From Planctomycetota bacterium (GTDB lineage Bacteria; Latescibacterota; UBA2968; UBA8231), in assembly GCA_047616505.1 (NCBI GenBank), contig JBLHGI010000002.1, positions 1-59,840 of the forward strand: a stretch of DNA of 59,840 nucleotides. The letters are read 5' to 3'. Shown here piece by piece: positions 1 through 8,277 of this stretch (its first letter is position 1; every line of letters begins with the position of its first letter). Made by a program: the position numbers and the translations under genes. A model generated the notes under the pieces. It did no database searches and had not been told where the DNA came from. It worked only from the letters and a program-made list of their open reading frames with translations.

Positions 1-680
1 GCGGCTGCGACAGGCTCAGAGGATGTTTCTTCTTTAACGGGAGGCGCCTGGACCTGCCGTCCCGCAAGCCAGGCGCAAATCACGATCAACGCTCCCAAAA
101 CCAAACACACCCACATCCACTCACTCGTCGCCAGATCGCGAATTTTCGAACGCACGATCGTCGAGCCAAAAGCCCCGCCCGCCACGCCGCCGAGACCGAC
201 TAAACCATAGATGCGTTTGGCCGTCGCCGAGTTGACACTATCGTTGAGAAAGACAAAGAACGTCGCCACCATCAGCGTGCTATAGAGGTCGCCAAACAAA
301 TAGAAAGACCAAACAACCAAAGCCGATGGCGCATCCAATAACAAGCTATAGAGCACATAGGCGATGGCAAAAAACACAGAAAATGCGAAGGTCAGCTGTT
401 GCCGCTGTAGCGTGCGCGCCAACAGCGTAAAAACGGTCACAGCGACAAGGGCGACGCCCATATTGAGCACTTTGGCAAGCAGCTCGGCCTGCGATCCACT
501 CATATGCCAGCTCAACAGTTGGAAACCGTCTTGCTCGTAAAAGGCGATAAACAGGCCTTTTTTAATTGGCTTGAGCACCCAGAATGTCGTGATGACCAGA
601 AAGAAATACGCACACATCGGGAGCGCCAACGGCCACTCTTCACGGCGGATGTCCAGCACTTGTTTGAGCGGATTAGCCAT
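1..680 (-). CDS. TLC/AAA-family (ATP:ADP antiporter-like, Npt1/Npt2-type) membrane transporter; N-terminal part only, gene continues beyond the left window edge
   Basis: I reverse-translated 680->1 by hand and the frame stays open from the ATG at 678-680 to the window edge. N-terminus is MANPLKQVLDIRREEWPLALPMCAYFFLVITTFWVLKPIKKGLF, followed by hydrophobic helices. The stretch FFVFLNDSVNSATAKRIYGLVGLGGVAGG matches the family pattern FW.fAN.i....AKR.Y.l.glG. The start lies 3 nt after the stop of the preceding gene. Confidence 0.65.
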   Translation of the reverse strand, partial: MANPLKQVLDIRREEWPLALPMCAYFFLVITTFWVLKPIKKGLFIAFYEQDGFQLLSWHMSGSQAELLAKVLNMGVALVAVTVFTLLARTLQRQQLTFAFSVFFAIAYVLYSLLLDAPSALVVWSFYLFGDLYSTLMVATFFVFLNDSVNSATAKRIYGLVGLGGVAGGAFGSTIVRSKIRDLATSEWMWVCLVLGALIVICAWLAGRQVQAPPVKEETSSEPVAA

Positions 681-683
681 CTC

Positions 684-2456
684 TTACTCCTCGCGCTCTA
701 CGCGCACGAGCTGGTAACGCCCGTCATCCCATAGATAGAAATAAGCGCGCACAGCCTTGCTCCACTTGGCTGCGCCGCGCTGCGTATGAATCTCGTAGCC
801 GTGAAATGCCATGGACTGCAAATCGGCGGGCAACGGTAAATAAACACGTGTGGAGGCACTCGGCCCCCCTCCAACACTGGCGACTCGCTTAAAGGACGCT
901 GAGCTAGCGCTTTGCACCCAATCCACACCGAGTCGCTCCAGATCGACATACGTCAATTCGCGCACTGCGCCGACGTTTTCCCCCTCGGCATCGAGACGCT
1001 GAAAACGGTAGCGCGTCGAACCAGCTTCTTGCAGTCCTCCCACCACGGCCAGATCGGCAAAGGCGAGCGCACCGTCATGCACGGCAAAATGATCCAATGG
1101 ATTGACGCGCGCATACCAGTACTGGCCGATCATATCGCGACGCTCGGCCAACAGACGAGTCAACTCCGCACCCGCTTGGGCATTGGAATAGTGTCCCGTT
1201 GACACCATGGCCACGATATCCTCGTCGCTAAAAGACATGACGATTTTGGCACCCCAATAACCATCGCGATTGGTGCAGCGCTCGAAAGCCGGGTTCGGGT
1301 AAGTCGGCACCCACGAACCGGCAGCAAACGTTTCGTTCTCAAAATAACCCAGCTCGGGATATGTTATCGGCAGCGGCTCTTCCCACGGCTTGCGGTAAAA
1401 ACCCAACGAAACGATCGAACGCAAAATAGTGCGTGGATCCCACACGTACTCGTTACCGTATTTCGGCAGGTGCGGCATCAAATTATTGGAGCCAAAGGCC
1501 GACCCCATATCAATTAGATAGTGTTTTATATAGCGCTGCCCCGCCTCGCCTTCTACCAACATATCGAGCGTGTTGGCGGCGCGGCGATCGGCGTCGTTCA
1601 TCCACGAACCAATAACGCGCAGACCGCGCAATTCGCGCCGGTGCTCGTGATCGACGCGATCGTTGGCATCGTCTTTGCGAAGACCGTGATAATCGAAAAT
1701 ACCCACGGGCTTACCCGACAAGAAGGCGCTGGCCACACAGCGCAAGGTGCCGTCGGGCTGTGGAATGATATTGTCGAGAATACCCTGCATATCGGCTTCT
1801 TGCATCGGGCGCTTGCCGCCATCGGACGTGGGTACCGTCGCCTTGCGTCCGACTTTTAAAATCTTGGGATCAAAATAAACGACGGAGTTTCGCGGCACAT
1901 TATAACCAGCGGCATAGAGCGCCTTGGTGGCGATAACTTCGGCGGCCGAACCCATTTCGTTATTGCCCTCGGAATCGAATTTGAGCAAAAAGCGCTGGCC
2001 GTTGGCATCCTTAATCGTAAAACCGGCGGTCCCGCCTTCAAACTTGCCGGCGACAATCTCCCATGGCCCTCCAGTATTGGGCACGGCCTCGCCCGCCCCG
2101 CGTTTGAGTTCTGCAATATTCAGCGGATAGAGAAAGTGACGATTTTCGTACCACGAAGAGTTCGGCACTTCGCCTAGCTCATTGAGATTGTCTGCCTGTT
2201 TGGGCGGCGCGATGTTGAGCAAATTGCCTATCCGGCGCGCGCTCCATCCCAAATCGAGTACTTTGCCAACCTGAAAGAAGAACGTGTGGTCGGCGATATC
2301 CCAGACCTGGTTCTCGACAATTTCCGCCGGCTCCTCAATCGGTCTACTATCGGGATCATGCCACTTTATAGGTGCCGTCGACAGCTCATCGGCGCCAGTC
2401 AATACGGGGAAGAGCAGAGCGCATATAGGTGCGATCAGCATAAGAGATATGCGCAT
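684..2456 (-). CDS. Secreted (signal-peptide) protein with protein-kinase-like / PI3-4K-HipA-like motif order; function unknown
   Basis: 590-aa ORF. Sec-type leader MRISLMLIAPICALLFPVLTGADE. Motifs occur in kinase-fold order: Gly-rich GKFEGGTAGFTIK, Lys in RFLLKFD, Glu in AAEVIATKAL, catalytic-loop-like WMNDADRRAANTL, and DFG-like LIDMGSAFG. Its ATG abuts the upstream stop (TAGATG). Confidence 0.6.
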   Translation of the reverse strand: MRISLMLIAPICALLFPVLTGADELSTAPIKWHDPDSRPIEEPAEIVENQVWDIADHTFFFQVGKVLDLGWSARRIGNLLNIAPPKQADNLNELGEVPNSSWYENRHFLYPLNIAELKRGAGEAVPNTGGPWEIVAGKFEGGTAGFTIKDANGQRFLLKFDSEGNNEMGSAAEVIATKALYAAGYNVPRNSVVYFDPKILKVGRKATVPTSDGGKRPMQEADMQGILDNIIPQPDGTLRCVASAFLSGKPVGIFDYHGLRKDDANDRVDHEHRRELRGLRVIGSWMNDADRRAANTLDMLVEGEAGQRYIKHYLIDMGSAFGSNNLMPHLPKYGNEYVWDPRTILRSIVSLGFYRKPWEEPLPITYPELGYFENETFAAGSWVPTYPNPAFERCTNRDGYWGAKIVMSFSDEDIVAMVSTGHYSNAQAGAELTRLLAERRDMIGQYWYARVNPLDHFAVHDGALAFADLAVVGGLQEAGSTRYRFQRLDAEGENVGAVRELTYVDLERLGVDWVQSASSASFKRVASVGGGPSASTRVYLPLPADLQSMAFHGYEIHTQRGAAKWSKAVRAYFYLWDDGRYQLVRVEREE

Positions 2457-3869
2457 CTAAAACTCCTGTTCTAACGTGAAACCGATCAATGCATTTTCGG
2501 CGGAACTATGACCAATGCGCAAACCAATTAAATAGGCCTCGGCCGTGCGGATATTTATGCCACCACCCCACGAAGAATGCAACTCGCCGGCTTCGATCTC
2601 GCCGAACTCGTCAAAAACCTGTCCTTCGTCCAAGAACAAATACGCGCTCCAACTGTCCCAGATTGGCCAGCGGTATTCGGCGCTCAACAAGAGCGCTCCT
2701 TCACCGCGAAAGTCGCCACGGCGATATCCCCTCAGTCGCTGGCTACCCCCCAAGGTAGGAAGCTCGGTATAGGGCACAATCGATTCACTACCCAAGGCGC
2801 TAACCTTGTCTAAACGCGCGCGCAATGCCAATATTCGATGGCGCCAAAAGAGGGTAAAGAAGCGCTGGACCTCAGCGCCGAGCCGCACAAAGCGCACCTC
2901 CTTATCCCCCGATACGAGATCGGCTTCGACCTGTAGTAGGCCGCCGCGTTCAGGATAGTAGATATCGCGGAACTGATGATAGAGATCGCCCTCCTTATGC
3001 AAAATTCGACCGGGCAAAACATAGTTGATAGGGTGGCTTAATTCTGTCGTTGGCTCACTGCTATCGCGATCGTCATAGGCCAAAAGCGCCCCGACGCTAA
3101 AGAGTGAAATATCAGCCCCCAAACCGAGCAGACGATCCGCTTCAACCGTATAACCGGGTGTTGGAAAAGGCCAGTCACCAACACCGGAGCGCTGCGTCAG
3201 ATCGCGGCGACCAAAACTCACGCGCCCCTCTACTACCGTGTTGCTAACAAATTGCTCCAGCGTATAATCGTGCAGACGCAAACCCAAACTAAAACGCGCA
3301 TCCAACTGTTCTACTGCCAAGCGTCGAATCTTGCTTTCGCGCCAACCGCCGTTGATCGTAGCGCTTTGATTACGCGTTTTTAGCCATTCAAATTGACTCA
3401 GCCAATAGAGTTTGCCACCCGCCACTTCTTCATCACTCAGCAGCGCTTGTCCCGTCTGCCCGCGCCCACCGGCATACACATAGAGCGCTTCGGCCTGCAC
3501 GCCGGCGCCAAAGAGATCGCTGTGGAAGCTGCGCAAACCACCCCCCGAACCCGTCTCGCCTCCCAATTGCACTTGCGGCAAGAGCCCAAAAGTCTGCGCC
3601 TCATTAGTAAACCAATTGTTGACCCGCTGTGGTAGGCGCGTATGCTCGGAGTAGATGGTAAATTGGCCCAATGGATAGACCAAACCGTTCCACAGCAACT
3701 GCGGGACTTGTAATGCGGGATAGTGTTTGCTTTCAAAGGCGAGGGAATCGGTCTCCACCTGCTCCTGTGCCTCGGCGGAGAATGCGCTCAGCACAACGAG
3801 TGTCAACAAAGAACAAAACAAAGCTATCGATCTGTGCACTGTGGATCCCTCCCTTGGGAATTTCGACAC
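2457..3869 (-). CDS. Omp85/BamA-family (bacterial surface antigen D15-type) outer-membrane beta-barrel protein
   Basis: 470-aa ORF with signal peptide (ALFCSLLTLVVLSAFSAEAQE). Omp85 signature LPTLGGSQRLRGYRRGDFRGEGALLLSAEYRWPI. Alternating beta-strand pattern and C-terminal aromatic residue (LEQEF). Confidence 0.75.
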   Translation of the reverse strand: MSKFPREGSTVHRSIALFCSLLTLVVLSAFSAEAQEQVETDSLAFESKHYPALQVPQLLWNGLVYPLGQFTIYSEHTRLPQRVNNWFTNEAQTFGLLPQVQLGGETGSGGGLRSFHSDLFGAGVQAEALYVYAGGRGQTGQALLSDEEVAGGKLYWLSQFEWLKTRNQSATINGGWRESKIRRLAVEQLDARFSLGLRLHDYTLEQFVSNTVVEGRVSFGRRDLTQRSGVGDWPFPTPGYTVEADRLLGLGADISLFSVGALLAYDDRDSSEPTTELSHPINYVLPGRILHKEGDLYHQFRDIYYPERGGLLQVEADLVSGDKEVRFVRLGAEVQRFFTLFWRHRILALRARLDKVSALGSESIVPYTELPTLGGSQRLRGYRRGDFRGEGALLLSAEYRWPIWDSWSAYLFLDEGQVFDEFGEIEAGELHSSWGGGINIRTAEAYLIGLRIGHSSAENALIGFTLEQEF

Positions 3870-4045
3870 ACTTCACCAACGGCGCTTAAGATAACATGTT
3901 CTCCGAGACCTTGGAAAGGGTCATTAATCCATTAAGCGGCTCATTAGACTGCTGCTATCGTCCTAACACACTGGTCGCAGGCGCGGCACTCTCTCGATTG
4001 CGTTAGGCATCAAGTCCTCCTATACGGCGCAGCTGAGAAAAGGTA

Positions 4046-7000
4046 TTAGTAGCTAAAATCTTTGTACTGAACTCTAAAAAAGAGCGAGTAGAGCACGGGC
4101 ACAACGCCCAACGTCAGCAGCGTGGCAAAGAGCAAACCGAATATAATAGTAATAGCCATCGGCTCGAACATAGGACCGCCTCCATACCACAGCGGCACCA
4201 TACCACCTATCGTCGTGCAAGTAGTCAACAAAATAGGCCGCAGGCGCCCCTGTGCTGCCTCTATCACGGCGCGCGGCGGTTCTAAACCGTTTTCTTCTAT
4301 TTCAATCTTGATGCGGTCGATTAGCACAATTGCATTGTTAATGATGATGCCAGACAGAGCGATCACCCCTAAAAAGGTTATAAAACCAAAATAGGAATTA
4401 GCAATCAGCAGACCAAAAACTACGCCGATCAAACCGAGCGGAATCGTCAGTAGAATAATGACGGGGCGGCGAATTGAATTAAACTGCCCGACTAATAAAA
4501 GCACGATAATCAGCAGAGCGATAGGCACCTTGACGCCAATCGATTCGTTGCCCTCGACCGAAGCTTCCCACTCGCCACCAAACTCGTAGCTATAGCCCAC
4601 GGGCCAGTTTTGTGTTTCTATATCGAGCCAACTGCGCAATTGTTCAAAAAGAGCGATCGCCGTCACGCCTTCTTCTATGCCGGCCGATACTGTAACGGTC
4701 TTCAAACGATCGCGGCGGAGGATTTTCGAAGGCTGCCAAACCACCTCAATATCGGCCACTTGTTTGAGCGGTACGCTACGGCCGCTCGCCTGAGAAAAAA
4801 TATTCAAGCTCTCCAACTTACCCACATCTTGGCGGTCGGCTTCGACCGAGCGCAGCGACACGGGAATTACCTCATCGTCCTCGCGATATTGCGTCGCCTC
4901 AAATCCGCTGAGCACCGTCTGCAACGACACGGCCACATCTTGGCTCGTCAGCCCAGCCCGACGCGCCCGCGCCTGATCGATGTGCACTTCTAATTTCTTA
5001 GTTCGCGGCCCCCAATTCTCGGCGATATTTTTGCTGCCAGGTATATTTTTCAGCTGCGCTTTAACCCGGTCAACTATGGCAAAGACCTGGTCCTGGTCCT
5101 CACCTGATATGCGCACCGCAATGGGGTTGGCCACCGGTGGCCCATTGAGCAAGCTGCGGATATCGGGTTTTACATCGGGATAATTTTTTAGACAAAATTC
5201 TTCCATGCGGGCGATCATATCGTGCAGAATGGCGTAGGAACTCGTATTGACCAGCAGCATCGCATATTCTGGGCTAGCGGGTTTTGAATTAAAGGCCAGA
5301 GAAAATTTAGGCGGCCCCTGGCCAATGAAACTCGCCCAGTTGACGATGCCTTCGGAACGCGCTTCACCCACTAATAACTCTTCGACAATAAAAGCCTCGA
5401 GCCCTTCGACAACCTTCTGCGTACGCTCAATAGGCGCGCCGATCGGCAGCTCGAATTCGGCGGTAAAAGTCGTCTGGTCTTTCGTCGGGAAAAAGATACT
5501 GGGAATCAGGCCAAAGCCCTGCATCGCGATAGCAAATACAGCGACGGTGATGGCAATACTGGCCCAGCGGTTACGCAGACACAGCAGAAGGAAATTGCGA
5601 TAGCGCACGTAAAAATTTGACTGCGCCGCCTCGTCGGCCGACTTGGGCTTGGCGCGCATAAATTTTACGCAAAAGAGCGGAATCATCGTCAGCGATAACA
5701 GCCAACTGCACAGCAGGGCAATGCTGACGACTTCAAAGAGAGGCGCCGTATATTCGCCGACGGTTGACTCGGCCAGATAGATGGGCAGAAAGGCAGCCGA
5801 AGTCGTCAGCGATGAGACCAGCAGCGGTACGCGCAACTCGCGTGCCGAATCCACGGCGGCCTCAACGGCATCCATGCCGCGCTCTAAGCGCACCAGCACC
5901 GATTCGCTCATCACAATGGCATTGTCGACCAGCAGTCCCAGAGCAATGATCAGCGCCGACAGTGACATTTGATCGAGACCAATCGACAAATAATTCATCA
6001 CCAATAGGCTGGTGACAACCGTCATCGGGATCAACGTAGATACGACCATGCCGGTGCGAAAACCCAAACTGATCAGCATCACGACAATGACGATGGCGAC
6101 GGCCTGTAGCAAGTTGACGACAAAGTCGTCCACCTTCTTCTCCACTATATCCGGCTGGAAAGAGATCAGGTCGAATTCGAGACCGATTGGATAGCGCTCT
6201 TCTAAGCGCCGCAGCGTCTCCTTGACGCCGCGGCCCAACTCGATGAGGTTGCCGCCTTCCTTTAGCGAAACCCCCAACGCCAGTGCGGGGATACCCGATG
6301 AACGCACGAGTTGCGTCGACGGATCGACATAGCCCCGATACACGCGCGCAATATCACCCAGATAAACCAAATCGCCGCTGCCGGGCACGTTGATAATGGT
6401 GCGGCTCAACTCTTCGACCGATTCGAAATTGCCCGAGGGCTCTAAAACTATGCGCTCGTAGCCCGTATTAATATCGCCGCCGGGCAGCAAAATATTGCGG
6501 CTGTCCAGTATATTTTTCAGGTAAAATGCCGAAATGCCCAGCTCGGCTAAACGAGCATTATGGTACTCGACAAAAATGCGTTCCTGCTGTGCGCCGTGGA
6601 TCTCGACCTTGGCAGTATAGTCGATTTTTAGCAGTTCGTTGCGCACCTGGTCGGCAACTTCTTTCAGCTCGGCATAGCTATAGCCCTCGCCCGTCAGCGT
6701 GACAATTGTGCCAAATACGTCGCCAAACTCGTCGTTGACAATCGGACCGATGACGCCGTTCGGCAGTTCCCGACTAGCGCGTTCGACTTTGCGCCGCACC
6801 TTGTCCCAGATCGGCCGCATATCGCTTTCGCTCTCTAGGATATTGACGATAACAACGGACAACCCCGTACGCGATGTGCTATTGACAAAATCGAGCTCCG
6901 GTATCTCCTCGATTGCCTTTTCCAGCTTGTCCGTGACCAAGAGTTCGACGCGCTCGGGACTCGCGCCGGGGAAAAAGGTCAGCACCTGTGCGGCGCGGAT

Positions 7001-7123
7001 GATAAAACCCGGATCTTCGTTGCGCGGCATCTGTTCGTATAGGCTCATCCCGGCGACAAAAATGACGAGCAGGGAGACGATCGTCACCCGACTCTTTTCT
7101 ATAGCCGTGCGCGTGATGTCCAT
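4046..7123 (-). CDS. RND (AcrB/HAE1-like) efflux permease
   Basis: 1025 aa with the typical AcrB-family N-terminus (IEKSRVTIVSLLVIFVAGMSLYEQMPRNEDPGF), 12-TM architecture with two large loops, and the conserved LLVDNAIVM motif. Confidence 0.95.
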   Translation of the reverse strand: MDITRTAIEKSRVTIVSLLVIFVAGMSLYEQMPRNEDPGFIIRAAQVLTFFPGASPERVELLVTDKLEKAIEEIPELDFVNSTSRTGLSVVIVNILESESDMRPIWDKVRRKVERASRELPNGVIGPIVNDEFGDVFGTIVTLTGEGYSYAELKEVADQVRNELLKIDYTAKVEIHGAQQERIFVEYHNARLAELGISAFYLKNILDSRNILLPGGDINTGYERIVLEPSGNFESVEELSRTIINVPGSGDLVYLGDIARVYRGYVDPSTQLVRSSGIPALALGVSLKEGGNLIELGRGVKETLRRLEERYPIGLEFDLISFQPDIVEKKVDDFVVNLLQAVAIVIVVMLISLGFRTGMVVSTLIPMTVVTSLLVMNYLSIGLDQMSLSALIIALGLLVDNAIVMSESVLVRLERGMDAVEAAVDSARELRVPLLVSSLTTSAAFLPIYLAESTVGEYTAPLFEVVSIALLCSWLLSLTMIPLFCVKFMRAKPKSADEAAQSNFYVRYRNFLLLCLRNRWASIAITVAVFAIAMQGFGLIPSIFFPTKDQTTFTAEFELPIGAPIERTQKVVEGLEAFIVEELLVGEARSEGIVNWASFIGQGPPKFSLAFNSKPASPEYAMLLVNTSSYAILHDMIARMEEFCLKNYPDVKPDIRSLLNGPPVANPIAVRISGEDQDQVFAIVDRVKAQLKNIPGSKNIAENWGPRTKKLEVHIDQARARRAGLTSQDVAVSLQTVLSGFEATQYREDDEVIPVSLRSVEADRQDVGKLESLNIFSQASGRSVPLKQVADIEVVWQPSKILRRDRLKTVTVSAGIEEGVTAIALFEQLRSWLDIETQNWPVGYSYEFGGEWEASVEGNESIGVKVPIALLIIVLLLVGQFNSIRRPVIILLTIPLGLIGVVFGLLIANSYFGFITFLGVIALSGIIINNAIVLIDRIKIEIEENGLEPPRAVIEAAQGRLRPILLTTCTTIGGMVPLWYGGGPMFEPMAITIIFGLLFATLLTLGVVPVLYSLFFRVQYKDFSY

Positions 7124-7124
7124 G

Positions 7125-8216
7125 TTAATTAGCCCCCATCAGGCGCACCCGCTGCCCATCTGAAATCCGGCTAATGCCCGCCGTCACTACGCGTTCGCCG
7201 TCTTGCAAACCCTCTAGTATTTCTAGGCCTTCTGTAGTTAGTTCACCGATGGCCACGGTGCGACGATGCACCGTGGCAAATCCCTCGTCGGCGGCCTCAA
7301 CGGTATAGGCAAAACGCCCGCTGCGATCCTCGCCAATAGCTACCGGCGGCACGTAGATGCGCTCGCGGTTGCCATTGCCAAAGCGCAAATCGACCTCGGC
7401 CGCCATGCCGGGACGCACCTCGGCGTCTTCGCCCTCGAGCCGCACGGCCACCGCAAAGGTCGTGGCCATACTCGTCGAAGCCACGCCGACTTCTGTTATC
7501 TTGGCGGACAGTACACGCCCCCCCAACGCGTCAAAACGCACTTCGGCGGCACTACCTTCGCGCACCTGGGCTATCAGCATCTCAGGCACGGCTACCTCGA
7601 CCTCCAAGCGCGCACCCGCGTTGAGCAAAATAATGGTTTGGCCCGGGCCCACATTCTCGTTGGCCTCTACCTGCAAAGCGGCAATCGACCCATCTAACGG
7701 AGCCAGCAAACGCGTATAACTCAGCTGCGAATTGGCCAACTGCAGGCGTTTCTCACCCGACTTGGCCTGTTGGTTCGCCGATTCATAGGCTGCACGTGCC
7801 GCATCGAGATCGCTGCGCGACGCGTTGCCATCCTCGTAAAGTTGCTGCGCGCGAGTAAAACGCGCCTGCGCGTTGCGCGTTTGCGCCTGGGCGCTCTTGA
7901 GCGCCGCCCCAGCCTCTTGCACCTGCAAGCGATAGTCCTGATCATCCAATTCTACCAGCATCTGTCCTGCACGCACGACATCGCCCACGGCCACCCCTAC
8001 GCTGCGCACGGTGCCCGTCACCTTAAAACTCAAGCGCGATTCTACGCCCGCCCGCGCCGTCCCCGAAAAGCTGCGAACGCGCTCCGCCCCCGTCGCATAG
8101 ACCAACACCGAACGCACCGGGCGTATAATGGGCTCGGGCGGCGGCACCTCGTCTGCACAGGCCACAAAGAACAGTAGACACAAAAACGAGCTCGACAGCG
8201 CGCGTTGCCTATTCAT
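7125..8216 (-). CDS. RND efflux periplasmic adaptor (membrane fusion protein), lipoprotein
   Basis: 363 aa with lipobox LLFFVAC. Coiled-coil hairpin region (QVQEAGAALKSAQAQTRNAQARF..) flanked by beta-barrel segments. Stop lies 1 nt before the RND permease ATG. Confidence 0.9.
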   Translation of the reverse strand: MNRQRALSSSFLCLLFFVACADEVPPPEPIIRPVRSVLVYATGAERVRSFSGTARAGVESRLSFKVTGTVRSVGVAVGDVVRAGQMLVELDDQDYRLQVQEAGAALKSAQAQTRNAQARFTRAQQLYEDGNASRSDLDAARAAYESANQQAKSGEKRLQLANSQLSYTRLLAPLDGSIAALQVEANENVGPGQTIILLNAGARLEVEVAVPEMLIAQVREGSAAEVRFDALGGRVLSAKITEVGVASTSMATTFAVAVRLEGEDAEVRPGMAAEVDLRFGNGNRERIYVPPVAIGEDRSGRFAYTVEAADEGFATVHRRTVAIGELTTEGLEILEGLQDGERVVTAGISRISDGQRVRLMGAN

Positions 8217-8277
8217 AAAAACATCCCTCTCATAAAATCGAAGTTAGCCCATTCGCCAACCCTATACTACGACCGTT

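Noticed and set aside
7266-8177. Several 120-143-aa plus-strand ORFs inside the membrane-fusion-protein gene
   Set aside because: These are antisense shadow ORFs with Arg/Ala/Pro-rich composition. The minus-strand product is a recognisable RND adaptor.
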